Shown here piece after piece: positions 45,074-55,026 of a stretch of 64,000 nucleotides of DNA. The notes beneath the pieces are model-generated. The model was not told the DNA's origin, made no database searches, and saw only the letters and a program-made list of their open reading frames with translations. This DNA comes from Candidatus Omnitrophota bacterium. Lineage in GTDB: Bacteria; Omnitrophota; Gorgyraeia; Zapsychrales; JANLHA01. A program made the position numbers and the translations under genes. The DNA lies in contig JAKLFA010000004.1 of NCBI GenBank assembly GCA_022711395.1, positions 70,361 through 134,360 of the forward strand, written 5' to 3'. Each line of letters opens with the position of its first letter. Positions within the stretch are counted from its first letter, which is position 1.

Positions 45074-46054
45074 TCAATGATTGGATATCAACTGAAGAAC
45101 TTTTTCCACGATCGTCTGGCTCGTTGGATAATACGCTTTCTCCAACAAACACGAAGCCGGCGCCGGTGAATCCGGCAAAGCGATCCGCTCAATGGGCGCT
45201 TTTAAATCCTGAAATCCGAGATTCGCCACTAAAAAACCCACCTCGGCAGCAATCCCACCGGTCTCCCATCCGCCATCAACAACCAATAACCGTCCGGTCT
45301 TCCTGACCGACGCCAAGACCGTCCCATGATCGATCGGTTTAACGGCCCGCAGATCGATCAGTTCCACCTGAACCTGTCTCTCCCGTAAAGACTCAACAGC
45401 CTTTTTGGCTTCTTCCACCATATAAGAAGACGCGACGATGGTGGCATCTTTTCCCTCAGACACCACTTTCGCCCCCGTAAGCGGCACAGTATAGCCCTGC
45501 TGCGGAACATCAGACTCTTGCTCATACAACCACCTGTCCTCAATAAAAATAAGCGGGTCGTCCTGTTTCACCGCGGCCATCAGCATGCCTTTGGCATCAT
45601 AAGCGTTAGAGGGCATTACGACTTTAAACCCCGGAGCATGCATGAAAAACGCCTGCAAAGCCTGGGAATGCTGAGCGGCCTGTTCTCCGCCCCGATTAAT
45701 AATTGCCCGGATCACCAATGGAACAGGCGCATGACCCCCCAAAGAAAAATTATAAATCGCAGCATGATTAAAGATCTGATCCATGGCGTAATACATAAAA
45801 TCCATCCTCGGAAAAGTCAAAATCGGACGCAGGCCGGTCAATGCAGCCCCGATGGAAATCCCAGTGATCCCGCACTCTGACACGGGCGTATCGATCATCC
45901 TGCGTTCACCAAACCGGTCAAGCAGCCCCGTCAACGTGTTACCTACATACCAAGGCGTATTGACGCCGACCCCAATCTGAAAAACACGCTCGTCACTTTC
46001 CATGATCTGATGGAAAGCCTCATTGATCGCGCATGAATAGGATAACATTCTCAT
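45074..46054 (-). CDS. Thiamine-diphosphate-dependent 2-oxoacid dehydrogenase/transketolase-like E1 beta subunit.
   Basis: The sequence has E1-beta/Tkt C-terminal organisation (MLSYSCAINEAFHQIMESDERVFQIGVGV...GITGISIGAALTGLRPI...RAVKPIDHGTV). The track start at 46108 would overlap the alpha gene by 53 nt, so I chose the internal Met. Confidence 0.7.
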   Translation of the reverse strand: MRMLSYSCAINEAFHQIMESDERVFQIGVGVNTPWYVGNTLTGLLDRFGERRMIDTPVSECGITGISIGAALTGLRPILTFPRMDFMYYAMDQIFNHAAIYNFSLGGHAPVPLVIRAIINRGGEQAAQHSQALQAFFMHAPGFKVVMPSNAYDAKGMLMAAVKQDDPLIFIEDRWLYEQESDVPQQGYTVPLTGAKVVSEGKDATIVASSYMVEEAKKAVESLRERQVQVELIDLRAVKPIDHGTVLASVRKTGRLLVVDGGWETGGIAAEVGFLVANLGFQDLKAPIERIALPDSPAPASCLLEKAYYPTSQTIVEKVLQLISNH

Positions 46055-46055
46055 T

Positions 46056-47033
46056 TTAAAACGCCGCCTTTTCAGTTTTAGCCAAAGGGAGCGGACTCTG
46101 CTGAGCAAAGGACACCGCCCTCTCGATCTCAGCCTCCACTCCTTTTTTCATATCCTCATACTGACGTTCCGAAATCTTCCCCCGCCTGAACAAAACACGC
46201 TTAAGAAACTTTATGGGGCACTTTTTCTTCCAGAACTCCACATCCTCTTTTTTTCGATGCCCGACGTCCAGATCTTCCATATGGCCGACATGCGCCAGCC
46301 AACGGTATGTCATGCATTCCAACAGCGCAGGGCCCTCGCCCCGTTTGATTCTTTCAATAAGCCATTTTGAAGCGTTATAAATTTTTATGGGATCATTCCC
46401 GTTAATACGCCTGGTCCTTATCTTAAAATTCTTTACCCTTTCATAGACCTTCGTATTTGACTGCCGCTTAAAATCCGGAAGATGCGTAGAAAACAGATTG
46501 TTCTCGCAAACGAATAATATCGGCAATTTATACAGAGCCGCGAAGTTGACCGTTTCATAGAACACGCCCTCATCCGTGGCTCCATCGCCAAAAAAGGCCA
46601 CCGAAACAACGCTATTGTTTTTTGTAAGAAAACTTGTAAGCGCCGCACCGGCCGCGATCGGGATCGTTCCGGCAACGATTGCCGAGCTCCCCATAAAACC
46701 CGCGTTAACATCAACCACATGCATGGACCCACCGTAACCTTTAGAACAACCCGCTTCCTTCCCATGTATTTCCGCCATCAAGCTGTTAAGGTCCCCTTGT
46801 TTAGCAATGTAGTGTCCATGGCTGCGGTGTGTGCTGAAAACATAATCCTCCCTGTTTAAATTTGCGCATACGGCAGAAGCGATCGCCTCTTGGCCGACAT
46901 ACAAATGGACCGGGCAACGGACTTCTTTCCGGGCGGCCATTTCCGCCACCCTTTCCTCGAATAAACGAATGGTCAACATTGTTTTCAAAATGCCTTCCAG
47001 CACTTTATCATCGGCCCTGCCCATAATATTCAT
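46056..47033 (-). CDS. Thiamine-diphosphate-dependent E1 alpha subunit (dehydrogenase E1 component).
   Basis: The ThDP-binding region is GSSAIVAGTIPIAAGAAL....VSVAFFGDGATDEGVFYETVNFAALYKLPILFVCENN (GDG-X(n)-NN fold). A YLYVGQEA block is also present. Confidence 0.75.
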   Translation of the reverse strand: MNIMGRADDKVLEGILKTMLTIRLFEERVAEMAARKEVRCPVHLYVGQEAIASAVCANLNREDYVFSTHRSHGHYIAKQGDLNSLMAEIHGKEAGCSKGYGGSMHVVDVNAGFMGSSAIVAGTIPIAAGAALTSFLTKNNSVVSVAFFGDGATDEGVFYETVNFAALYKLPILFVCENNLFSTHLPDFKRQSNTKVYERVKNFKIRTRRINGNDPIKIYNASKWLIERIKRGEGPALLECMTYRWLAHVGHMEDLDVGHRKKEDVEFWKKKCPIKFLKRVLFRRGKISERQYEDMKKGVEAEIERAVSFAQQSPLPLAKTEKAAF

Positions 47034-47056
47034 AAAAAACCACCCTCTTAAAAATA

Positions 47057-48049
47057 TTAAATGTTAAAAATCTCTGTTTTATACCGTTCCAGGACCCCTT
47101 CCGTTCGAAACCATTTGATCGTAGCTTCCAGTCCCCGCTCCAAAGAATACTTCGGCCGCCAATCCGTCAGTTCAAAAATCTTTTTATTACAACCAAGCAA
47201 ACGTTCCACTTCACTCCTGGCCGGCCTTTTCCGTTCGGCTTCAGCTACAATTTTAACCTTAGATCCCGTCATGGCAACGATCTTCTGCACAAGTTCGCCC
47301 ATTGAAATCTCTTTTTGAGAAGCAATATTGATTTCTTCTCCTATCGTTCTCTTCGATTCCGCGATCTTGATGAAACCATCAACCACGTCCGCCACATAGT
47401 TCAGATCCCTCGTCGGGTGTAAACTTCCCAAAGAAATCGTTTTTTTGCCCGATAAGATCTGTGTCATGATCGTTGGTATGATCGCCCGGGCGGATTGCCG
47501 GGGCCCATACGTATTAAACGGCCTTACAATCGTGACCGGCATGTCAAAACTCCGCAAAAATGATTCCGCAATACGATCAGCCCCGATCTTGGAAGCTGAG
47601 TACGGTGATTGTCCTTGAAACGGATGCCGTTCATCAATGGGAACATACTGGGCCGTGCCATAGACCTCAGAGGTCGATGTAACGAGCACCCTGCGGCAAC
47701 CTTCATCCAAGGCCGCCTGCAGGATATTTAAAGTCCCTTTAATATTCGTATCAACATAACTGTCCGGCGAGTGGTAACTGAACGGGATCCCTATAAGGGC
47801 CGCCAGATGAAAGACCGTATCAACACCTTTAATTGCTTTTCGAACGCCGTTGGGGTCACGGATATCCCCCGGGACGACATCGATCTTCTTTAAAATATTC
47901 TTCGGAAACGTGTCCAGCCAGCCCCAACTGTTAAAAGAATTGTAATACGCAAACGCCCTCACATCATGGCCGGAGGCCGCAAGCATCTCGACCAAATGGC
48001 TTCCAATAAAACCATCCGCCCCGGTTACCAGTATTTTCTTAAGTTTCAT
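47057..48049 (-). CDS. NAD-dependent sugar epimerase/dehydratase (extended SDR).
   Basis: The Rossmann motif is ILVTGADGFIGSHLVE and the catalytic YxxxK is YSASK. The track start at 48130 overlaps the acetyltransferase gene, so I prefer the internal Met in MKLKKILVTG. Confidence 0.75.
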   Translation of the reverse strand: MKLKKILVTGADGFIGSHLVEMLAASGHDVRAFAYYNSFNSWGWLDTFPKNILKKIDVVPGDIRDPNGVRKAIKGVDTVFHLAALIGIPFSYHSPDSYVDTNIKGTLNILQAALDEGCRRVLVTSTSEVYGTAQYVPIDERHPFQGQSPYSASKIGADRIAESFLRSFDMPVTIVRPFNTYGPRQSARAIIPTIMTQILSGKKTISLGSLHPTRDLNYVADVVDGFIKIAESKRTIGEEINIASQKEISMGELVQKIVAMTGSKVKIVAEAERKRPARSEVERLLGCNKKIFELTDWRPKYSLERGLEATIKWFRTEGVLERYKTEIFNI

Positions 48050-48092
48050 GATTCCCCACCTGTTTGCAATTTTTTCCGACCAAAGGGTCCCC

Positions 48093-48644
48093 CTACTCCA
48101 TCCCCCGGCAACGATCACAACAGCGATCATCCGACTTGCCGCCTTTCAAAGGAACACCGCACTTGCAGGCCCAGCCGACCTGGCGCGCAGGCACGCCGAC
48201 CACCACCGCATGATCAGGGACATCAGCCTTGACGACCGCCCCGGCACCGACAAAGGCGTAGCGACCGATCGTCACACCGCATACGATCGTGGCGTTCGCT
48301 CCGATCGAGGCCCCTTTTTTGACGGTCGTCGGCAAAAATTCATCTTTCCGTTCAACAAAAGCCCTCGGCGTATAAACATTGGTAAAAACACACGACGGCC
48401 CGCAAAAAACATCATCTTCCAGCGTCACGCCCTTATAAACCGACACGTTATTCTGGATCTTGCACCCGTTACCGATCGAAACCTCAGGCCCGATGGAAAC
48501 GTTCTGGCCGATCACACAATTTTTCCCGATCCTGGAATTCTTAAGAATGTGGGAAAAATGCCAGATCTTCGTCCCCTCCCCGATCTGGCAGGGCTCATCC
48601 ACATATGATGATTCATGCACAAAATATGTCTTGTTCTGATCCAT
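48093..48644 (-). CDS. Hexapeptide-repeat sugar N-acetyltransferase (WbpD/WlbB-like) with a C-terminal Cys-rich tail.
   Basis: Left-handed beta-helix repeats are present ([31 protein letters not shown]...[28 protein letters not shown]). The sequence is collinear with the UDP-2-acetamido-3-amino-2,3-dideoxyglucuronate N-acetyltransferases. The tail [25 protein letters not shown] is unusual. Confidence 0.7.
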   Translation of the reverse strand: MDQNKTYFVHESSYVDEPCQIGEGTKIWHFSHILKNSRIGKNCVIGQNVSIGPEVSIGNGCKIQNNVSVYKGVTLEDDVFCGPSCVFTNVYTPRAFVERKDEFLPTTVKKGASIGANATIVCGVTIGRYAFVGAGAVVKADVPDHAVVVGVPARQVGWACKCGVPLKGGKSDDRCCDRCRGME

Positions 48645-48657
48645 AACCTTGTCCTTT

Positions 48658-49623
48658 TTATAACATGCTCTGCTCAGCGGCTTCCAGCACCTTTAAGACC
48701 TTCAGGCCCTCTCGGCCGTCGGTCAAAGGCGCTTGCCGGCTCTCACAGCATGAACAAAAATGTTTCAGCTCCTCTTTGAGCGGTTCCGCTTTCTCGATAG
48801 GCACGACCTGGTATTCCGCTTTGCGAGCGACGGGGATCTTGCCGTCCTTCCAGTCGATCTTATGCGGATATAAAACAAGCTTCTCCTCTTTTTGGTCATC
48901 AAACACGGCCATGGCCCCAGAACCCACAATGACCAGCTTTTGCTCTTTGAACGGATGAAGCCAGCTGACAAACACGTGCGCTTTGACCCTGTTTTTGAAT
49001 TCCAGATGCGTCAAAGTGACATCCGTGATCGGCGCGTTCAAGTAACTTCCGCCAAAACACGAAACACTGACCGGTTCTTCATTAATGAGCGAAAGGATGA
49101 CCGAAATATCGTGCGGAGCGAAGCTCCATAAAATATTTTCTTCCACGCGCAGTTTCCCGATGTTCAGGCGGTTCGAATAAATATACTGGATCTTCCCCAG
49201 CTCTCCCCCTTTGATCATGTCCTTGAGCTTGCGCACAGCCGGATGGTATTGCAGGATGTGCCCGACCATGAGGATGCGCTTATGTTCTTCCGCCAAAAAG
49301 ACGATCTCCTCTCCCTGCGCGACGGTTAACGACAGCGGTTTTTCGACAAACACATCCTTACCGGCCAGGATCGCTTGCTTCGCCAGCTCATAATGGGTCA
49401 CCGCCGGAGCTGAGATCACGACCGCCGAAACCGCCGGATCCTGAATGACCTCATCAGGCGAGGTCGTAAAACCGACCTGCGGATATTCTTTTTTCCTCGT
49501 TTCGATCAGCCCTGCGTCGCGGTCACAGGCCACCAGCAGAACACCGAGTTCATTGAGATTCCGCAATACATTATTTCCCCAATACCCCAGGCCGATCATT
49601 CCGATATTCTTTGCCTGACCCAT
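48658..49623 (-). CDS. Gfo/Idh/MocA-family NAD(P)-dependent oxidoreductase (WbpB-like sugar 3-dehydrogenase candidate).
   Basis: The N-terminal Rossmann segment is [17 protein letters not shown], with the motif EKPLSLT. It is adjacent to the WbpD-like acetyltransferase and to DegT aminotransferases. Confidence 0.75.
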   Translation of the reverse strand: MGQAKNIGMIGLGYWGNNVLRNLNELGVLLVACDRDAGLIETRKKEYPQVGFTTSPDEVIQDPAVSAVVISAPAVTHYELAKQAILAGKDVFVEKPLSLTVAQGEEIVFLAEEHKRILMVGHILQYHPAVRKLKDMIKGGELGKIQYIYSNRLNIGKLRVEENILWSFAPHDISVILSLINEEPVSVSCFGGSYLNAPITDVTLTHLEFKNRVKAHVFVSWLHPFKEQKLVIVGSGAMAVFDDQKEEKLVLYPHKIDWKDGKIPVARKAEYQVVPIEKAEPLKEELKHFCSCCESRQAPLTDGREGLKVLKVLEAAEQSML

Positions 49624-49657
49624 TCCAACACCGTCCTTGATAAAATTAAGACCGCGC

Positions 49658-50791
49658 TTAAAGGTCTACCCATTTCTTAACAACTTGACCTACTTCAAAC
49701 TCCCGGGCCAATTGCTTAGCCTTTAGGGCAAAGGCCGCATGGCCTTCATCACAGGCTCTTTCGATAGCGTGGACTATTCCGTCCGCTGAAACGTCCTCCG
49801 CCAGAATCCCGCAGCCATGTTTCTCGATCAAACTTTTCAGATCGCCGACAGGCGTAGAAATCACCGGGACACCGCTTTGAAGGGCGTCCGAAAAAACAAC
49901 CGGTATACTTTCAATGCGTGACGGAATGATCAAGTATCCTACCTTACGAAACACATCGGCCAAATTTTGCGCATCAATAGCGCCGTTGAATTCAACAATA
50001 TCCCGGAGGCCATGTTCGTCGATAAACGACTCCAGCGATTCTTTCAATGGCCCTAATCCATACATATGAACCAGCAGCCTTTTTCGATAAGGTTCCCGCA
50101 ACTTCAATAAGGCCTCCAGCAACAGATCCGGCCCCTTATTGACATGATACCGGCCAACGAACACCATGTGCAAACGCCCTGCGCCATAACGTCCGTCCTC
50201 AATCTCTCTCGGTTTAGGAAGGACCCGCGAAGACGGAAGAAAACCGCACGGGCGTCCTGTGATCTCTTCCACCGAGCGGCAGAGCTCAAGCCCGTCCGCG
50301 AAAACACGATCAGCATGACCGATGATCTTTTTTAAGAACCACTTCCCAAAGAACGGGATCTTTTTTATCCTCCAGATATCCGACCCCAAAGCCCACACAT
50401 CATACGGCTTATTCAATTCCTTCTTCATCCAACAGCCGAGCAGCCCCGAAGGCACCGCCCACATGCACAGCGTTCGATCGATCTGATATTTCTGGTGATC
50501 CTCAATAACTTTTTTTCTGGCCAGCCTGAAAAAATTAAAAATGATCCGCAGATTCCGGATCGAAAAAAACTTTAAGGACGCCAGCTCCTGGTCCCCGCCA
50601 TCCCACGGCAAGGGATCAATGACCAGCCCTTCATCCGGTTCATACGACGGCTTTCTGCCCACCGGCTGCACAATGACCTTATGACCCTGGTCCCGCAGTT
50701 CCAAGGCGAATGACCTCACAAACAGGCCCGCTGTTCCTGACGGGTCCTCCGGATAAGCTGGATACGAACTTGTAATGATCTGAACGTTCAT
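49658..50791 (-). CDS. Glycosyltransferase family 4.
   Basis: The GT-B fold has a C-terminal motif ESIPVVFSDALQSGVPVISTPVGD. The protein is 377 aa. Confidence 0.75.
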   Translation of the reverse strand: MNVQIITSSYPAYPEDPSGTAGLFVRSFALELRDQGHKVIVQPVGRKPSYEPDEGLVIDPLPWDGGDQELASLKFFSIRNLRIIFNFFRLARKKVIEDHQKYQIDRTLCMWAVPSGLLGCWMKKELNKPYDVWALGSDIWRIKKIPFFGKWFLKKIIGHADRVFADGLELCRSVEEITGRPCGFLPSSRVLPKPREIEDGRYGAGRLHMVFVGRYHVNKGPDLLLEALLKLREPYRKRLLVHMYGLGPLKESLESFIDEHGLRDIVEFNGAIDAQNLADVFRKVGYLIIPSRIESIPVVFSDALQSGVPVISTPVGDLKSLIEKHGCGILAEDVSADGIVHAIERACDEGHAAFALKAKQLAREFEVGQVVKKWVDL

Positions 50792-51939
50792 GAACTTAAA
50801 ATATCAGAAACAGCTTCCACCACATCTTCCAGGTCCCGGTCTGTGAGCTTGGGAGAAATGGGGATACTGACTGTCTGCGATCCATAACGGGCGGCGTGAA
50901 CAAAATCCTCAGACCTCCACCCGAACCTTTTTTGATAATACGGATGCTCGGGGATCGCGCAATAATGCACACCGACCCCGATCTTCCGCTTTGTCATTTC
51001 TTCCAGGAACCGGTCCCGGCTCACCCCCGCCTTGGAAGGATCGATCTCGATCGTGAACAAATGATAAGCATGCTTGCTCCCCGGATCCACCGGTGCCGGC
51101 AGACCGACAGGCAAACTCTTCAAACGGTCCATATAGAACTGCCAGATCTGGGAACGCCTTTGCCAGAAGAGGTCGATCTTCTTGATCTGATGGATCCCCA
51201 TCGCCGCCTGCAGGTCCATCATGTTATATTTGAACCCAAGCTCGGTCATAAAATAATGTTTATATCCCTTATCAGAAAACCTTTGCCACGCGTCCGCGCT
51301 GAGCCCGTGAAGCGCCATGATCTTGATCGCCTGGATCCATTCGCTCTTATGGGTTATCGCCATGCCGCCTTCCCCTGTGCTGATATTCTTGGTCGCGTAA
51401 AAACTGAAACATCCAATATCCCCCAGTGTGCCGGCTTTCTGCCCATGGTACTCCGTTTCCAGCGCGTGGGCGCAATCTTCAATAACATAAAGATGATGCC
51501 GCGATGCGACCGCCAGGATCTCATCCATCTTGCAAGGGCGTCCGGCAAAATGCACGATCAGGACCGCCCTGGTCCTGGGCGTGACCTTTCGTTCAATATC
51601 CTCAGGATCAATGTTCAATGTTACCGGGTCAATATCCGCCAGGACCGGCGTTGCCCCAGCATGAATGATCGCGTTGACCGTGGCACAGAACGTCATTGCC
51701 GTCGTGATGACCTCATCCCCCGGTTTCAAGCCCAACGCCAGGCAGGACAAATGCAAAGCCGCCGTGCAGGAATGGACCGCGGCTGAATAAGGAATGTTTT
51801 TATATTGGGCAAACGCCGTTTCAAAAAGTTTGACCTTAGGGCCGGTCCCGATCCAGGACCTGCGCATCGAATCCAGCACTTCCTCCTCTTCCTCCGGCCC
51901 AAAATACGGGCTTCCAAAAACAAGAAACTCCGTTCTCAT
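50788..51939 (-). CDS. DegT/DnrJ/EryC1/StrS-family sugar aminotransferase (copy 2).
   Basis: Blocks matching the family include GDEVITTAMTFCATVNAI, LIVHFAGRPC and VIEDCAHALE. The PLP Lys lies in FSFYATKNISTGEGG. Confidence 0.85.
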   Translation of the reverse strand: MRTEFLVFGSPYFGPEEEEEVLDSMRRSWIGTGPKVKLFETAFAQYKNIPYSAAVHSCTAALHLSCLALGLKPGDEVITTAMTFCATVNAIIHAGATPVLADIDPVTLNIDPEDIERKVTPRTRAVLIVHFAGRPCKMDEILAVASRHHLYVIEDCAHALETEYHGQKAGTLGDIGCFSFYATKNISTGEGGMAITHKSEWIQAIKIMALHGLSADAWQRFSDKGYKHYFMTELGFKYNMMDLQAAMGIHQIKKIDLFWQRRSQIWQFYMDRLKSLPVGLPAPVDPGSKHAYHLFTIEIDPSKAGVSRDRFLEEMTKRKIGVGVHYCAIPEHPYYQKRFGWRSEDFVHAARYGSQTVSIPISPKLTDRDLEDVVEAVSDILSS

Positions 51940-51949
51940 CAGATTCCTT

Positions 51950-52831
51950 TCATAACGAATTCAAGGTCCTGTCCTGAACAATGCGGAGAAGATATTCACC
52001 ATACGATGTTTTAATCTGATGTGCCATTTTTGTCAGCTGTTCAGCGCTAATATACTTCATACGATAAGCGATCTCCTCCACGCATCCGATCTTCAATCCC
52101 TGGCGGTCCTCGATGGTCTTAATAAAAAGAGACGCATTGATCAGCGATTCATACGTGCCTGTATCAAGCCAGGCATACCCCCGTCCCAGCAGTTCCACAT
52201 GCAACGCGCCTTTCTCCAGATACAATTTGTTCAAGTCTGTAATTTCAAGTTCTCCCCGCTGAGATGGCTTGACCTGCTTGGCGTATTCCACGACATTCTG
52301 ATCATAAAAATATAGGCCTGTGACAGCCCAGTTGGACTGAGGCTGGGCCGGTTTTTCTTCAAGCGAGATCACCTTGTTGGAAGAATCAAACTGAACCACT
52401 CCGTAACGTTCAGGGTCCTTCACATAATATCCAAAAATCGTAGCCCCCTTATTATTGGCCGCCGCTGTTTGAAGGATGGCCCTTAAACGGTCTCCATAAA
52501 AGATATTGTCCCCTAAAATAAGCGCGACCGGACTTCCTTTAATGAAATCTTCTGCGATCAAAAACGCCTCGGCAATCCCCTTAGGCTCATCCTGCACAGC
52601 ATAGGACAGCGTCAGCCCAAGATCCCGGCCATCGCCAAAGATCGCGCGGAAATTCTCAACATATTCCGCCGATGCAATAATAAGAATGTCTCTGACCTTG
52701 GCAAGCATCAGCGCCGACAACGGATAATAGATCATCGGCTTATCATAGATAGGCAGAAGTTGTTTGCATATCCCTTTTGTGATCGGATGAAGGCGGGTTG
52801 CCTTTCCTCCGGCGAGAATGATCCCTTTCAT
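51950..52831 (-). CDS. rfbA: Glucose-1-phosphate thymidylyltransferase.
   Basis: MKGIILAGGKATRLHPITKGICKQLLPIYDKPMIYYPLS is the canonical RmlA N-terminus. The protein is 293 aa. Confidence 0.9.
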   Translation of the reverse strand: MKGIILAGGKATRLHPITKGICKQLLPIYDKPMIYYPLSALMLAKVRDILIIASAEYVENFRAIFGDGRDLGLTLSYAVQDEPKGIAEAFLIAEDFIKGSPVALILGDNIFYGDRLRAILQTAAANNKGATIFGYYVKDPERYGVVQFDSSNKVISLEEKPAQPQSNWAVTGLYFYDQNVVEYAKQVKPSQRGELEITDLNKLYLEKGALHVELLGRGYAWLDTGTYESLINASLFIKTIEDRQGLKIGCVEEIAYRMKYISAEQLTKMAHQIKTSYGEYLLRIVQDRTLNSL

Positions 52832-53859
52832 ACGCGTTCCTTTGTCTTCTGAACTTTATACACCTTGCTCCAATGGTCTTTCAATGAGCGGGCCTTCCTG
52901 AGCAGCCAACCCTGATGGTCCAGGCACCAGTCCACCGTCAGCTCCAGCCCCTCTTCAAAAGGCACTTGCGGCTGCCAGCCCAACTTTTTGATCCGGGCGA
53001 TATCCACAGAATAACGGAAATCGTGGCCGGGCCGGTCCTTGACATATTGGATCAACCGCTCAGGCTTGTTCAAACATGCCAGGATCATCTTAACGGTCTT
53101 TATATTCGGCTGTTCAAAACCGCTGCCGATATTATAAATTTCGCCCACACAGCCTTTGCTCATAACGCACTCGATGGCGCGGGCGCAGTCCTCCACATAC
53201 AGCCATTCCCGGACCTGCTCCCCCTTGCCGTAGACCGGGACTCTCTCATCAGAAAGGGCCTTGAGGATCACCACCGGGATCAACTTCTCAGGATATTGCC
53301 ATGGCCCGTAATTGTTCGATGGACGGATGATAATCGCCGGAAATGAGAATGTCCGTATCGCGGCCCGGACCAGCAATTCCGCTCCGGCCTTGGTCGCCGC
53401 ATAAGGATTGTTGGGCTGAAGCGGCGATTCAAATTCTTTAAAATGACCCTGCCGATGGTCTCCATAGACCTCATCGGTCGAAATATGCAGGAATCGCTTG
53501 ACGCCAGAATCCATGCTCAGCTGGACCATCAGCTGTGTCCCGACGACATTGGTCTGTATGAACGGGCGGGCATCCAAGATGCTTCTGTCAACATGAGTTT
53601 CAGCGGCGAAATGAACAACAATATCAGGCCGTTCCTTTTTGAATATCGTCCTCATCCTTTCGGCCTGACAAATATCCGCCCGGTGAAATCCGGCCTGCGG
53701 CAAGACCTCCTTAAGCCGGCCTCGGTCCCCGGCATAGGTCAGACGGTCCACAATGCAGACACGGTAACCTTTTTGCACCAAGAGCCGGCAATAAGCACTG
53801 CCGATAAATCCGGCCCCACCGGTAACAAGAATCTTTTCTTTTCTTTTCAAAGGGGGCAT
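52828..53859 (-). CDS. rfbB: dTDP-glucose 4,6-dehydratase.
   Basis: ILVTGGAGFIGSAY, the YxxxK motif (YAATKAGAEL) and size and collinearity with RmlB all match. A 4-nt overlap with rfbA shows translational coupling. Confidence 0.9.
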   Translation of the reverse strand: MPPLKRKEKILVTGGAGFIGSAYCRLLVQKGYRVCIVDRLTYAGDRGRLKEVLPQAGFHRADICQAERMRTIFKKERPDIVVHFAAETHVDRSILDARPFIQTNVVGTQLMVQLSMDSGVKRFLHISTDEVYGDHRQGHFKEFESPLQPNNPYAATKAGAELLVRAAIRTFSFPAIIIRPSNNYGPWQYPEKLIPVVILKALSDERVPVYGKGEQVREWLYVEDCARAIECVMSKGCVGEIYNIGSGFEQPNIKTVKMILACLNKPERLIQYVKDRPGHDFRYSVDIARIKKLGWQPQVPFEEGLELTVDWCLDHQGWLLRKARSLKDHWSKVYKVQKTKERV

Positions 53860-53866
53860 ATTCTTT

Positions 53867-54970
53867 CTAAACTGTCTTTCGTGTAAATTCTTGGACCGCC
53901 GCGATCACCAGATCTTGTTCTTCTGTGGTCAAAAACGGATGCATCGGCAAGGCCAGGACATGTTCGCACAGCTTTTCCGTGACCGGAAAATCACCTTGTT
54001 TGTACCCGTACTTTCTAAGCGCGGTCTGAAGATGCAGCGGCTTGGGATAATAAACGGCGGTCGGGACCTGCTTTTGCTTCAAATATTCCTGAAGTTCATC
54101 ACGGCGTTGCGCCTGGATCACATACTGGGCGAACACGGAGCGGTTAGACGCATCAATATGTGGCGTCACACAGCATGAAGACAGCCGCTGAGTGTAATAA
54201 TCCGCTTTTTTCTGGCGATCTTCCACCTCCTGCGGAAAATACTTGAGCTTCACCAGAAGGACCGCTGCCTGGATCGTGTCCAGACGGCTGTTAACTCCGA
54301 CACAAGCATGGTCATACTTATGTAAACCCTTTCCATGCAGCCTGATCGATCTCATCACCTGCGCAAAACCATCATCATCGGTAAAAACAGCTCCTCCGTC
54401 GCCAAAACACCCCAAAGGTTTCGCCGGAAAAAACGATGTGCAACTGATATGGCCCAGTGAACATGCCTTGCGCCCTTTATACTCCGCCCCGAATGACTGG
54501 GCCCCGTCTTCGATCACGAACAGATTATAATGCCTTGCGATCGAATGAAGCGCATCATAATCCGCGCACTGCCCAAAAATATCAACAGCAATGATCCCTC
54601 TGGTCTTTCCGGTAATGACCTCCTGTATCCTGGAAGGATCAAGATTATACGTTTTGGGATCGATATCCACAAAGACCGGAACAGCTTTCAAGAACGCAAT
54701 CGTCTCCGCCGCCGCGATAAAGGAAAATGGGGTCGTAATGATCTCGTCCCCTTCCTTTACGCCATAGGCCAGGAGCGCCAGAAGCAAGGCGTCTGTCCCG
54801 GAAGCACAGGTTATGGAATGTTTCACGCCGACAAAATGGGACAGTTCGCTTTCAAGCGTTGCGACCTCCTGCCCCATGATAAAGTTCGCTTTTTGGACGA
54901 CACCAAAAATAGCGGAATCGATCTCCTGCTTATAAATTTCGTATTGCCGCTCCAGATCTATTAACTGCAT
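53867..54970 (-). CDS. DegT/DnrJ/EryC1/StrS-family sugar aminotransferase (copy 3; candidate dTDP-4-keto-6-deoxyglucose transaminase).
   Basis: The family fold is present (GDEIITTPFSFIAAAETI, IIAVDIFGQC, VIEDGAQSFGA). The PLP Lys lies in FFPAKPLGCFGDGG. It is immediately downstream of rfbB. Confidence 0.85.
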   Translation of the reverse strand: MQLIDLERQYEIYKQEIDSAIFGVVQKANFIMGQEVATLESELSHFVGVKHSITCASGTDALLLALLAYGVKEGDEIITTPFSFIAAAETIAFLKAVPVFVDIDPKTYNLDPSRIQEVITGKTRGIIAVDIFGQCADYDALHSIARHYNLFVIEDGAQSFGAEYKGRKACSLGHISCTSFFPAKPLGCFGDGGAVFTDDDGFAQVMRSIRLHGKGLHKYDHACVGVNSRLDTIQAAVLLVKLKYFPQEVEDRQKKADYYTQRLSSCCVTPHIDASNRSVFAQYVIQAQRRDELQEYLKQKQVPTAVYYPKPLHLQTALRKYGYKQGDFPVTEKLCEHVLALPMHPFLTTEEQDLVIAAVQEFTRKTV

Positions 54971-55026
54971 TCTCCCTGCCTCTCATGCCGCGATTGATAA
55001 AAAACACAGCGGGGCCACCCGCTTGC

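Noticed and set aside
46055-46108. E1-beta start at 46108 (track ORF), giving a 53-nt overlap with E1-alpha.
   Set aside because: The internal Met (MRMLSYSCAINEAF) gives a canonical E1-beta N-terminus and a minimal overlap, so I used 46054.
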